Assembly (NCBI RefSeq): GCF_963921235.1
Contig: NC_086097.1
Location: 16,058,001-16,122,000, forward strand
DNA: 64,000 nucleotides
Source of the DNA: Mobula hypostoma
Taxonomy: Eukaryota
Direction of reading: 5' to 3'
The stretch's first letter is position 1, and each line of letters begins with the position of its first letter. Shown piece by piece: positions 51,593 through 64,000 of this stretch. The notes beneath the pieces are model-generated. The model saw only the letters and a list, made by a program, of their open reading frames with translations. It made no database searches and was not told where the DNA came from. The translations under genes and the position numbers were made by a program.

Positions 51593-52269
51593 TCTACCAT
51601 CCGGGAAACACTACCACAGCATTAAAGCCAGGACCAACAGGCTCTGGGATCGCTTCTTCCACCAGGCCATCAGACTGATTAATTTATGCTGACACAATTG
51701 TATTTCTAAGCTATATTGACTGTTCTGTTGTATATCTTACTGTACATACTATTTATTACAAATTACTATAATTTGCTTATTCAGACAAAGACGTAACGTA
51801 AGGATTTTTACTCCTCATGTATGTGAAGGATGTAAGAAACAAAGTTAATTCACTTCAATTCATCTGACACCTCACCTATGGCCAGTGAAGCTTCTATCAC
51901 ATTGTTATCAGACTCTTAAATAGATAACTTGTACAATAAGATGGACTCATAACCTCACAGTCTACCTTGTTATGATCTTGCACTTTATCATTTATTTGCA
52001 TTGCATTTTTGGTACCTTTACTTTTTATTCTGTGTCGTAATTGTTTTACCTTATTCCACCTCAATGCACTGTGTAATGAACAGTGCACAACACAACTTTT
52101 TTACCATTTCTTGATACATATAACAATAATAATTACTGAAAATTCTCTGTTAGAGCCCTAGAATTATTCTCCCTTGCCTCTTAGATCAGCCTGGGATATA
52201 TCTCATCCGACCATGGGAGTGTATCCATGCTTAAAACTGTGAACAAATTTAATACCTCCTCCTTTTTAT

Positions 52270-54260
52270 TGAAAACATAGAGCAGCACATCATAGTATGT
52301 GGCTTTTGGCCCATGATATTATGCCGACTTTTTAAGCTTCTCCACAATCAATCTAATCCTTCCCTTCTACATAGCACATAACCGTCCAATTTCCCTTCAT
52401 CCATGTCTCTTAAATGTTCCTAATGTATTAGCCTCTACCACCACACCCCAGCAGTGCATTCTCAGCACTTACCAATCTATGTGTAAAAAGCCTCTAGCAA
52501 ATCAGCTCTCATCCTCCTTCACTCCAGAAAACAGCCCTACCTCGCTTAACCTTTCCTCGTAAGACATTTTCTGTAACGCAGGCAGCATCCTGATAAAACT
52601 CCTCTGCACCTTTTCTGAAGCTCCCATATCTTTCCTATAATGAGGCAACCAGTACTGAACACTGTATTCCAAGGGTTGGTCTAAACATAGTTTTAAAGAG
52701 CTGTAACATTACCTTCTTACTCTTGAACTCAGTCCCTCAACTAATGAAGGCCAACATACCATATGCCTTCTTAACCAGCCTATCAACTTGCACAACAACT
52801 TTGAAAGATCTATGGACAAACTCCAAAATACCTCTGTTCCTCCACACTCCTAAGAATCTTGCTACTAACCTTGTACTCTGCACTCGTTTGATCTTCCAAA
52901 GTGCATTACTCTACACTTTCCTGTACTGAACTTCATCTGCTACTTCTCAGACCAGCTCTGTATCTTATTAATGTCTCATTGTAACCTATAACAACTTTCT
53001 ACACTATCCACAACGCCACCAACCTTCATGTTATCTGCAAACTTACTAACACATCTTCCACTTTCTCATTCAAGTCAATTATAAAGAGCACAAAGTGCAG
53101 GAGTCCCAAAAGGATCCCTGCAAAACACCACTGGTCACTGACCTCCAAGCAAAATACACTCCATCAATTACTACTCTCTGCCTCTGCAAGCTAATTCTGA
53201 ATCCATGTCGCCACATTTCCCTGAATCCCATGCCTCTTGACTTTCTGAATGAGCCTACCACAGGGAACCTTGTCAAATACCTTGCTAAAAACTATATATG
53301 CCATATCCACTGCTCTATGTACATCAGTTTATTTTCTCACTTCATATCCTCCTTCTCAGCATTAACATGTTCTAGCATATTAGCCTGTTTATAGAAGATT
53401 TGACTTAATTGAGGTGAATGACTTGGACACAATTTTAAAGTAACTGCTAGAAGGAGTAAAAGGGAAATTAGGATTTCTTTCTCTAACCTAAAGAGAGGCA
53501 GAGGCAGAAATATTCTCCGAATATGTCTAAAACCTTTTGCATATTAAGCTTCTTCAAAACTAGCTGCACCTCCACCTATCTTTGTATCATCCAAAAACAT
53601 GGCCACAGAGCCACCAATTCCAGCATCCAGATCCAAACTGACCACAAGGAATGCCACTAGACACCAGCAGCCTACCAAAAATGGCCCCTTTTATTCGCTT
53701 ATCTTTTACCCATGCTACTATTTTTCATGTAATACCTTGGGCATCTATATTGTTTAGCAGTCTCATGTTTAGCTCCTTGTCAAAAGCATTCTGAAAATCC
53801 AAGTAAGCAAAGACTCTTCCTTGTCTACCCTACTTGTTAATTCCTCAGAGTTCTAACAGATTTGTTAGACAAGATTTCCCCTTAAGAAAGCTATGCTGGT
53901 TTCAGCCCATTTTATCATATGCTTTCAAATACCCAAAACACCATCCTTAATAATGGACTCTAAATTCTTACCAACTACTGAAGTTCACTGAAGCCCGCTA
54001 GAAAATTAATCTCAGGATAGGATGTGGTGACATATATGTACTTTGATAATAAATTTACTTTGAACTTTTTTGAGCTTTTGAAGTCAGGCTAACTGGTCTA
54101 TAGTTCCCTCTCTTTTGTCTCCCTTAAAAAGTGGAATGACATTTGTGATTTGGAACCATTCCTGACTCGAGTGATTATTGAAAGATCTTCTACAATCTCT
54201 TCAGCTGCCTATTTCAGAACCATGGGGTGTAATCCATCCAGTCCAAGTGACTTACTTACC
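52270..54260 (-). mobile_element. Two decayed CR1 fragments (~52270-53310 and ~53560-54260)
   Basis: Degenerate RT motifs on the minus strand (WRSVTSGV, FADN/FDK remnants). Confidence 0.75.
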
Positions 54261-54864
54261 TGATTAAGTAGTAAGTAACTCTGGTGTCACACAGCTAGCA
54301 ATAATGATATCCAACAAGAGCAAGTCCAGCAATCACCCTCTCACGTTCAATAGCATTAACATAACAATCAAAAAACCTGGAGGATCCAGACTCAGACTAA
54401 AATCTCAACCGCAGTAGCCATATACAGAAATGTGGCTTCAAGAATTGATCAAAGGCTAGATAAGATGTAGCACCTCCTAAATCCCCAAAGCCTGTCCTCC
54501 ACCTTTAAAGTTCACAGAAAGTACACAGACACCTTTGTGACACCAGGGACATGCAGCACATGTGGCAAGGTATGTATATAATCCATAGCAGATTACAAAT
54601 CCACCCTATGCATGTACAATAGCAGTACCTCGCTTCCTGATAGGCTGAGTGCTTTCTATGCATGATTTGATGCAATGAATAATGTGACATCGAGTAAACA
54701 CCCGACTTCCCCAAGGAACAAGCACCCAGTTTGGCTGCAGCCAAGGTGAGGAGGATCCTAGCCAGGGTAAACCCACACAAAGCTGAGTGGGTTCGAGTGC
54801 TAAGGGATTGTGTGACCCAGCCTTAATGGACAACAGCGGTCTTAATGGACATCTTTAATATTTA

Positions 54865-56930
54865 CATAGAAAATAGGTGCAGGAGTAGGCTATTCAGCCC
54901 TTCAAGCCTGCACCGCCATTCAGTATGATCATGGCTGATCATCCAACTCAGAACCCTGCACCAGCCTTCCCTCCATACCCGCTGATCCCTTTAGCCACAA
55001 GGGCCATATCTAACTCCCTCTTAAATATAGCCAATGAACTGGCCTCAATTGTTTCCTGTGGCAGAGAATTCCACAGATTCACCACTCTCTGTGTGAAGTT
55101 TTTCCTAATCTCGGTCCTAAAAGGCTTCCCCTTTATCCTCAAACTGTGACCCCCCGTTCTGGACTTCCCCAACATCGGGAACAATCTTCCTGTATCTAGC
55201 CTGTCCAATCCCTTTAGGATTTTACACGTTTCAATCGGATCCCCCCTCAATCTTCTAAATTCCAACGAGTATAAGCCTAGTTCATCCAGTCTTTCATCAT
55301 ATGAAACTCCTGCCATCCCAAGAATCAATCTGGTGAACCTTCTTTGTACTCCCCCTATGGCAAGGATGTTTTTCCTCAGATTAGGGGGCCAAAACTGCAC
55401 ACAATACTCCAGGTGTGGTCTCACCAAGGCCTTGTACAACTGCAGTAGTACCTCCCTGCTCCTGTACTCGAATCCTCTTGCTATAAATGCCAGCATACCA
55501 TTCACCTTTTTCACTGCCTGCTGTACCTGCATGCCCACTTTCAATGACTGGTGGTATAATGACACCCAGGTCTCGTTGCACCTCTCCTTTTCCTAATCGG
55601 CCACCATTCAGATAATAATCTGTTTTCCTGTTTTTGCCACCAAAGTGGATAACTTCACATTTATCCACATTAAATTACATCTGCCATGAATTTGCCCACT
55701 CACCTAACCTATCCAAGTCACCCTGCATCCTCTTAGCATCCTCCTCACAGCTAACACTGCCGCCCAGCTTCGTGTCATCCGCAAACTTGGAGATGCTGCA
55801 TTTAATTCCCTCATCCAAGTCATTAATATATATTGTAAACAACTGGGGTCCCAGCACTGAGCCTTGCGGTACCCCACTAGTCACTGCCTGCCATTCTGAA
55901 AAGGTCCCGTTTATTCCCACTCTTTGCTTCCTGTCTGCCAAACAATTCTCTATCCACATCAATACTTTACCCCCAGTACCGTGTGCTTTAAGTTTGCACA
56001 CTAATCTCCTGTGTGGGACCTTGTCAAAAGCCTTTTGAAAATCCAAATATACCACATCCACTGGTTCTCCCCTATCCACTCTACTAGTTACATCCTCAAA
56101 AGATTCTATGAGATTCGTCAGACATGATTTTCCTTTCACAAATCCATGCTGACTTTGTCCGATGATTTCACCGCTTTCCAAATGTGCTGTTATCATATCT
56201 TTGATAACTGACTCTAGCAGTTTCCCCACCACCGACGTTAGGCTAACCGGTCTATAATTCCCTGGTTTCTCTCTCCCTCCTTTTTTAAAAGGTGGGGTTA
56301 CATTAGCCACCCTCCAATCCTCAGGAACTAGTCCAGAATCTAAAGAGTTTTGAAAAATTATCAATAATGCATCCAATATTTCTTGGGCTACTTCCTTAAG
56401 CACTCTGGGATGCAGACCATCTGGCCCTGGGGATTTATCTGCCTTTAATCTCTTCAATTTACCTAACACCACTTCCCTACTAACATGTATTTCCCTCAGT
56501 TCCTCCATCTCACTGGACCCGCTGTCCCCTACTATTTCCAGAAGATTATTTATGTCCTCCTTAGTGAAGGCAGAACCAAAGTAATTATTCAATTGGTCTG
56601 CCATGTCCTTGCTCCCCATAATCAATTCACCTGTTTCTGTCTGTAGGGGACCTACATTTGTCTTAACCAAACTTTTTCTTTTCACATATCTATAAAAGCT
56701 TTTACAGTCAGTTTTTATGTTCCCTGCCAGTTTTCTCTCATAATCTTTTTTTCCCCTTCCTAATTAAGCCCTTTGTCCCCCTCTGCTGAACTCTGAATTT
56801 CTCCCAGTCCTCAGGTGAGCCACTTTTTCTGGCTAATTTGTATGCTTCTTCTTTGGAATTGATACTGTCCCTAATTTCCCTTGTCAGCCATGGGTGCACT
56901 ACCTTCCTTGATTTATTCTTTTGCCAAACT
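54865..56930 (-). mobile_element. Relatively young CR1 (ORFs 55675..56685 and 54948..55565) nested in a Rex-like element
   Basis: Long RT ORFs with FADD; ctatttctatgt tail. Confidence 0.94.
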
Positions 56931-56974
56931 GTTATTATTTCAAATTATTTCTTTACAATAATTCACTGTCCCTT

Positions 56975-58360
56975 TAAGCTTCAAGACAGCCACTATTATT
57001 CCAAAGTCCAAGAAAGGGACAGTAACTGGCGAAAACAATAATTTCCCAATGGCAGTGACATCAACAATCATGAATTGCTTTGAGCAGCTGTTAATGGATT
57101 GTATAAAGTCCTACCTTCCAGCTACTTTGGACCCTTTCCAGTTTGACTACTGCTCAAACTGGTCCACTGATGATGCCATAGCCTTGGCTTTCCAATCCAT
57201 TCTTTCCCACCTAGAAAACGACGCCCTAAACACCAGGTTATTGATCATCAACTTCAGCTTGACATATAACATGATCACAGGCCGGTGGGTAAACTATCCT
57301 CATTGGGACTCAACACCCCTCTCTGTAACTGGACCTTGGACTTATTGACGGAAAGACCCCAGTCAGTCTGTTGATAGCAACATCTCAAGCTCCATCAAGC
57401 TGAGCACTAGTGCTCCCCAGGGCTGTGTGCTCAGCCCACTGTTGTTCATGCTATTGACTCATGTCTTCACTGCTAGATCTGTTCAAACACATCATCATAT
57501 TCACAAATGATACAACAGTGGTTTGCCTCATCGGCAACAATGATGAGTCATCATACAGAGAGGAGGTAGAGAGGCTTGTCAAATGGTGTGAGAATGACAA
57601 ACTAAAGCTCAATGTGGATAAGACAAAAGAAACTATTGTGGACTCCATGAAAGTGCAAGTTGACCACTCTCCATTGCACTTCAATGGTTCTGCTGTGAAC
57701 AGCACAAAGTTCCTTGGTGGGCACATAGTGGACAATCTAACCTGGACCCACAACACCTCTTCATTAATCAAGAAGGCACAGCAGCATCTACACTTTCTTA
57801 GGAGGTGGAGGTATGCAAGGCTCCCCACCCTATTCTAATAACATGCTCTCGGAGTACCATTGAGTGCCCTGTCTGTCTATATTATTGTGTTGTACAGAAG
57901 TTGCAAGGCATTGGACCTCAAAACCCAAGGTAAAAACCAGCAAGAGGATCACTGGGGACTCCCCACCCGTTATCTGTGACATTTACCAGGAGGACTGTAC
58001 ACAAAGCATTGTTAAGGATCCCTACCAGCCATCCTACAATCTCTTTGACCTACCACTGTCAGACACCAGCACTAGGACTGCCAGACTAGGTAACAGCTTG
58101 TTCCCTCAGGCTGCGAGACCAATGAGTACTCTGCCACCACCAAGGTCTTGTCACTAAGACACTGAGCTGTTCACAGTTTACCTGTGCTGCACACTTCATG
58201 CACTTTTGATTATATTTTATTAACTTATTCGCAGTAATATTTTGTTTTATGTGCTTTGTATGATTACGTTTTGTCTGTGCACTGTGGACTGGAGAAATGT
58301 TGTTTCATGTGGTGGTATACATGTATAGTCAGATGACGATAAGCTTGAACTTGAACTCAA
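56975..58360 (+). mobile_element. Decayed Rex1/Babar LINE (its upstream part lies at ~54540-54800)
   Basis: IIPKSKK, LDPFQF..STDDAI, APQGCVLSPLL, KKAQQHLHFLR; ttgaac tail. Confidence 0.85.
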
Positions 58361-58699
58361 TCAGGGGTATGATGGAATATTCTCCACTTGTCTGGAGGAC
58401 GGCTGGTTCAATAACACTCAAGAACCTCAACACTTTAAAAGATATTGCAGCACTCTTGATAGGAACCCTATTCGCAACTACTTATTCACTCCATCACCTC
58501 CAACTGCACAGCAACAGCAGTTTGTACGTTTTCAGGATGCACTGTAGCAACTTGCTAGATCCTTGGACAGCGCCTTCCAAATCCATAAGCTTTACAACTA
58601 GAAAGACAAGAACTCAGAAGCATGGGAACATGACTACCTGGAGGTTGCCCTCCAGCCTGTGCTGCAAAAACAGCACATAACCATTAAAGTGGTAATGTG

Positions 58700-59240
58700 A
58701 TCATTTGAGTCAAAGATGATGCTCTCTTTAGGGGCTGACTATTGGTTGGTCTTCAGGTGTTCGTTGAGGCTGATCAAGGATCCACACATTCTGGTTCAGA
58801 GTGGGCAAGAGTAAGTGGTGGCTGTGGTTGGTGGTTGGGTCTTTTGGTTGTTCAGTCTCTCCTTTCGCAGCTGCCGCATTTTCTCATGTAGAGCAGCTCA
58901 TAATTGCCGAACAGAATTCCTCCAGGTGTATCTATTGATTGCAATATCTTCCTGGAATGTAGACGTAATGTTGAATTTCTACAGCTGATTTTGATGTCAC
59001 CCTTGAAGAATTTCCCCTGCCCACCAGGGGCCCGCAGATTTCCTTCAGCTGGGAGTTAAGGATCTGTTAGGGAAGACACGAATTAGGCATTTGGATGATA
59101 TGACCTATCCATCAGAATCAGTATTGCCTTATCGTGATGAAGATGCTGTTCATGTTGGCCTTCTCCCATATGCTAGTGTTAGTGTGTCTGTCTTTCCAGT
59201 TGATCCTCAAAATCTTTCATGACATTCTTTAAAACTACTG
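58700..59240 (-). mobile_element. Old RTE-like LINE 3' remnant
   Basis: Minus-strand remnants resembling INWKDR, GHIIQMP..LP and GGQGK.FK. Confidence 0.5.
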
Positions 59241-59679
59241 TTTCAGGGCTTCCAAGTTACTTCACCATTGCTGGGTTAAAATCATGGAATTCTCACCCTA
59301 ACTGCATTGTGGGTATATCCGCAACTTTATAACAGCAGCAGTTCAAAAAGGTCACCACCCTTTGAAGTGCAATCAGGGATAGGCAACTGAAATGCTGGCT
59401 CAGCCTCTTAAGCCCACGTCACTTGAATAAATAAAAGAAAACAGACAAGAGTATTACTTCATGCAAATAGATTGGCCAAGATAAAAGGAAGTGATGGAAA
59501 ATGGCCATTGGACCAAATAGCTTACTGCTATTCTACCGGCTATACAGGTTTGTTGCCTGATGCATTGAATGATAATATTTGAAAGAACTTAAATTACAAG
59601 ACCCATATTCTCATGTGTAATGTGACATAAAGATCAATTGAGGGAGAGATTTTTTTCTCCTGAAATTATTGTCAGTGTA

Positions 59680-62600
59680 AGACCATAAGACCATAAGACA
59701 TAGCAGCAGAATTGGGCCATTTTGCCCATTTAGTCTTCTCCACTATTCAATCATGGCTGATCCTTCTTTCCCCTCCTCAGCCTCACTCTCCAGCCTTCTC
59801 CCTGTAACCTTTGATGCCATGTCCAATCAAGAACCGATCAAGCTCTGCCTTAAATATACCCAACAACCTGGCCTGCACAGCTGCCCGTGGTAGCAAATAC
59901 CACAAATTCATCACCCTCTGGCTAAAGAAATTTCTCCACATCTCTGTTTTAAATAGATATCCCTCTAGTCCTAGACTTCCCCGCTATGGGAAACATCCTT
60001 TCCATATCTACTTTGTCTAGGCCTTTCAACATTCAAAAGGTTTCAATGAGATCCCCATTCATTCTTCTAAATTCCAGCAAGTAGACGCAGAATCATCAAA
60101 CGTTCCTCATATGCTAACCTTTTCATTCCTGGAATCACCCTTGTGAACCTCCTCTGAACCTTCCTCACTACTGACTCAACCTACAAGTTAACCTTTAGGG
60201 TGCTCTGCACAAGAACTCCCCAGTCCCATTGCATCTCAGATTTTTGGAATTTCCCCATATTTAGAAAATAGTCTGAACATTTATTTCTACTACTAAAGTG
60301 CATAACAATGCATTTTCCAACATTGTATTTCATTTGCCACTTTCTTGCCCATTTTCCTCATCCAAGTCCTTCTGCAGCCTACCTGTTTCCTCAACACTAC
60401 CTGCCCCTCCACCAATCTTTGTATCATCTGCAAACTTGGCAACAAAGCAATCTATTCCATCATCTAGATCATTGATATACAGCATAAAAGATGTGGTCCC
60501 AACACCAGCTCCTGCGGAACACCACGAATCACTGGCAGCCAACCACACAAGGATCCTTTTATTCCCATTTGTTAACTCCTACCAATCAGCCCCTGGGCTA
60601 ATCATGCCAGTAACTTCCCTGTAATTCCATGGGCTCTTAACTTGGTAAGCAGTCTCATGTGCGGCACCTTTCAAAGGCCTTCTGAAAGTCCAAATATACA
60701 ACATCCACAGCATCCACTTTATCTCTCCTACTTGTAATCTCCTTAAAGAATTCCAAAAGGTTCGCAGGTAAGATTTTCCCTTAAGGAAACCATGCTGACT
60801 TTGTCCTATCTTGTCCTGTGTCACCAAGTACTCCATAACCTCATCCTTAACAATTGACTCCAACATATTCCCAGCCACTGAGGTCAGGCTAACCTATATT
60901 TTTCTGTTTGGACTATATTTTTCTTTCTGCTGCTTACTTCCTTTCTAAAAGAGTGGAGTGATATTTGCAATTTTCCAGTCCTCTGGCACCTTGCCATAGT
61001 CCAATGATTTTTGAAAGATCATTACTAATGCCTCCGCAATCACTACCACTACCTCTTTCAGAACCTTAGCGTGCAGTTCATCTGGTCCGGGTGAATTATG
61101 TACCCTTAGGAATTTCAGGTTTTTGAGCACCTTTTCCCTTGTATTAGTAACTGCACTCATTTCTCTTCCCTCACACCCTTCAACATCTGGCACGCTACTG
61201 GTGTCTTCCACAGTGAAGGCTGATGCAAAATACTCATTTAGTTCATCTGCCATTTCTTTGTCCCTATTTTTAGCGGTCCTATATCCACTCTCATCTCTCT
61301 TTTATTTTTTACATACTTAAAAAATCTTTCACTATCCACTTTAATATTGTTTGCTAGCTTGTTTTCACATTTCATCTTTCCCTCATTATTCTTTTAGTTG
61401 CTCTCTGTAGGTTTTTAAAAGCTTCCCAATCCTCTATCTTCCCACTAATTTTTGCTTTGTTGTACGCCCTTCTTTTGCTTTTAAATTAGCTTTGACTTGC
61501 CTTGTCAGCTACGGTTGTACTATATTGCCATTTGAGTATTTCTTTGTTTTGGAATATATATTTCCTGCACCTTCCTCATTTTTCCCAGAAACCTATGCCA
61601 TTGCTGCTCTGCTGTCATCCTTGCCAGCATCTCCTTCCAAATTTCTTTGGCCAACTCTTCTCTCATACCACTGTAATTTCCTTTACTCTACTGAAATACT
61701 GCTACATCAGACTTTACTTTCTGCCTATCAAATTTCAAATTGAACTTAATCATATTGTGATCACTGGCTCCTAAGGGTTCTTTTACCTTAAGCTCCCTAA
61801 TTCCCTCGGGTTCATTACATAGCACCTAATCCAGTATAGCTGATCCCCTAGTAGGCTCAATGACAAATGACAAACTGCTCTAAAAAACCATCTTGTAGGC
61901 AATCAACAAACTCATTCTTTTGAGATCCATGTCCCATCTACCTGCATGTTAACACTTCCAACGACTATCATAACATTGCCCTTTAGACACACCTATTCTA
62001 TTTCCCGTTATAATCTGTGGTCCACATTCCAGCTATTGTTGGAAGGCCTGTATATAACTATCATCAGGGTTCTTTTACCCTTGCTGTTTCTTAACTCAAA
62101 CCACAAAGATTCAATGCCTTCTGACCCTATGTCACATCCTTCTACTGATTTGATGCCATTCTTTACCAACAGAGCCTTGCCATCCCCTCTGCCTACCTTC
62201 CTATCCCTCCAATACAACTTGCAACCTTGGACATTCAGCTTCCAACTACAACCATCTTTCAGCCATGATTCAGTGATGGTTACAACATTATACCTAGCAA
62301 TCTGTAATAGTGCAACAAGATCATCCACCTTATTTCTTATACTCTGTGGATTGAAATTTTGAGTACTGTATTTGATACCCTTTTTGATTCTGCATCCCTA
62401 ATGCACTGATACTCACCCTGCTGGCTGCAATTTTGTCCTATCATCTGCTTGTCCTTCCTGACTGTCAGACTGCACGCGATATTTGCTTTTTTACCATCTG
62501 TCCTATCCTGAGTCCCTTCACTCAGTTTCCCACCGTCCTGCCAAATTAGTTTGAACCCTCTCCAACAGCTCTAACAAACCTCCCCACAAGAATATTGATT

Positions 62601-63050
62601 CCCTTCGGGTTCAGGTGCAACCCATCACTTTTGTACAGGTCATACCTCCCTCAGAAGAGATCCCAATGATCCAAGAACCTGAGGCACTGCCCCCTACATC
62701 AGCTTGTCAGCCGCACATTTATCTGCCAAATCATCCTGTTTCTATCCTCACTGGCTCATGGCACAGGTAGCAATCCAGAAATTACTACCCTGGAGGTCCT
62801 CTTTCTCAGCTTTCTGCCTAGCCCTTAAATTCTCTCTTCAGGACCATTTTGCTATTCCTTCCTATGTCATTGGTACCAATACATACCAAGACATCTGGCT
62901 GCTCTCCCTCCCCCTCCAAGATGCTGTGGAAACATCCCTGACCCTGGCAGCTGGGAGGCAACAAACCATTTGGTTGCCCCGTTCATGTCTACAGAATCTC
63001 CTGTCTGTTCCTCTGACCATTGATTGCCCTATCACTACCACTCCCCTCGA
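59680..63050 (-). mobile_element. Long decayed CR1 (end of ORF1 esterase, endonuclease, RT, 3' tail)
   Basis: [34 protein letters not shown], (cttatggt)n tail. Confidence 0.9.
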
Positions 63051-63220
63051 AGGGCTAAAGGACATTGTTTGGTAAGAGTATTGCCTTTGAGCTCTATCAT
63101 ACTGGGCCTAGAAATGGTTGATTCAGGTTGAAACTGAATAAGCGGGGAGAAAAAAATCGATAAACTTAATTTTATCACTAAGCTGAAAGATACATGAACC
63201 CATCATTGTCCCCAAATTAC

Positions 63221-63281
63221 CTGATTCACGTGCAATTCTTTTCCTTGCGAGCCTCAGCTGCCATGAAGACCTATCATGTGC
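63221..63281 (-). CDS. CATSPERB: CATSPERB-like internal exon (61 nt, phase 0 to 1): AHDRSSWQLRLARKRIARES(D)
   Basis: ttttatctag acceptor, CAG/gtaatt donor; aligns with the recalled FSDRILWLVDIPRENITQSTD; phase fits the next exon. Confidence 0.72.
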
Positions 63282-63659
63282 CTAGATAAAATTATTAATA
63301 AAATAAATACAAATTAGTACTACAACTTCAATAACAAATGCTGATTAAATACATAATATTACTAAATTTTAGGAAATGAATAGATTAATTTTAAATAAGA
63401 ACAGCATACTATGGTAGAAATTTCAGTAGATACATGAAAGGCAAAGGTAATCGGTACTTCAAAGTTTACAGGTCATACAATAGATGTATCACAACTGTAT
63501 CTGAATATTATACAAAGCTAGTTTCATTGCAAAAGGACAAACTTTACCAGAATCTTTCAGCTTAGTGATAAAATTCAATTTATAGAATTTTTTCCCTGTT
63601 TATTCTGTTTCCCATCTGAATTTAAATTTCTTTAGAGATTAAGAAACAGGAGTCAAACA

Positions 63660-63941
63660 AGGATCAGCTGTAGGATCGAGGTTCAATTTCTGCTGCTGTC
63701 TGCAAGGAGTTCGTACATGCTCACATCTGCATGGATTTCCTCCAGGAGCTCTGATTTCCTCTCACATTCCAAAGATGTACGAATAGGATTAGTGAGTTGT
63801 GGGCATGATATGTTGGCGCTGTGAGCGTGGCAACACTTGCAATATGCTCAGCAGAATCCACATTGAATGATTGTTTTAAATGTAAAATGACAAATTCCAT
63901 TGTATGTTTTGATGTACATTTGACAAATAAAGCTAATCTTT
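63660..63941 (+). mobile_element. Decayed V-SINE-type tRNA-derived SINE
   Basis: B-box-like ggttcaatt followed by a V-core-like aggagttcgtacatgctc..tttcctccaggagctctgatttcctctcacattccaaagatgtac. Confidence 0.75.
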
Positions 63942-64000
63942 AGATAGAGTAACATCATTGTTGACACAGTCATGGGCTGAGGAAGATGTTCCTGTGCTGT

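Noticed and set aside
63409..63500. Possible upstream CATSPERB exon
   Set aside because: Stops occur in all three frames between the candidate splice sites.

Overview
Vertebrate genomic DNA, most likely a cartilaginous fish (ray/shark). This is inferred from the dense CR1 LINEs together with Rex1/Babar, Penelope, RTE and V-SINE elements. Most of the window is nested, decayed retrotransposons lying inside very large introns of a minus-strand host gene. Five small GT-AG exons of that gene (63281-63221, 46071-45976, 28070-27912, 23354-23262, 19028-18913) splice in phase into a stop-free 175-codon stretch resembling CATSPERB (sperm CatSper channel beta subunit). The most unusual feature is at 1863-4082 (-): a Gypsy LTR retrotransposon (putative LTR, PBS, Gag with duplicated zinc knuckles, protease). 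Its pol region is replaced, in frame, by an intronless copy of the host gene SUDS3, which points to LTR-mediated mRNA capture giving a Gag-PR-SUDS3 chimera. Other points of note: minimal hammerhead ribozymes in Penelope termini, a ~340-bp local inverted duplication flanked by an 11-bp direct repeat, an RTE insertion with a clean TSD, and two CR1 copies sharing the same lesions. Gene identities rest on recalled protein similarity, not a database search. Boundaries of decayed repeats are approximate.
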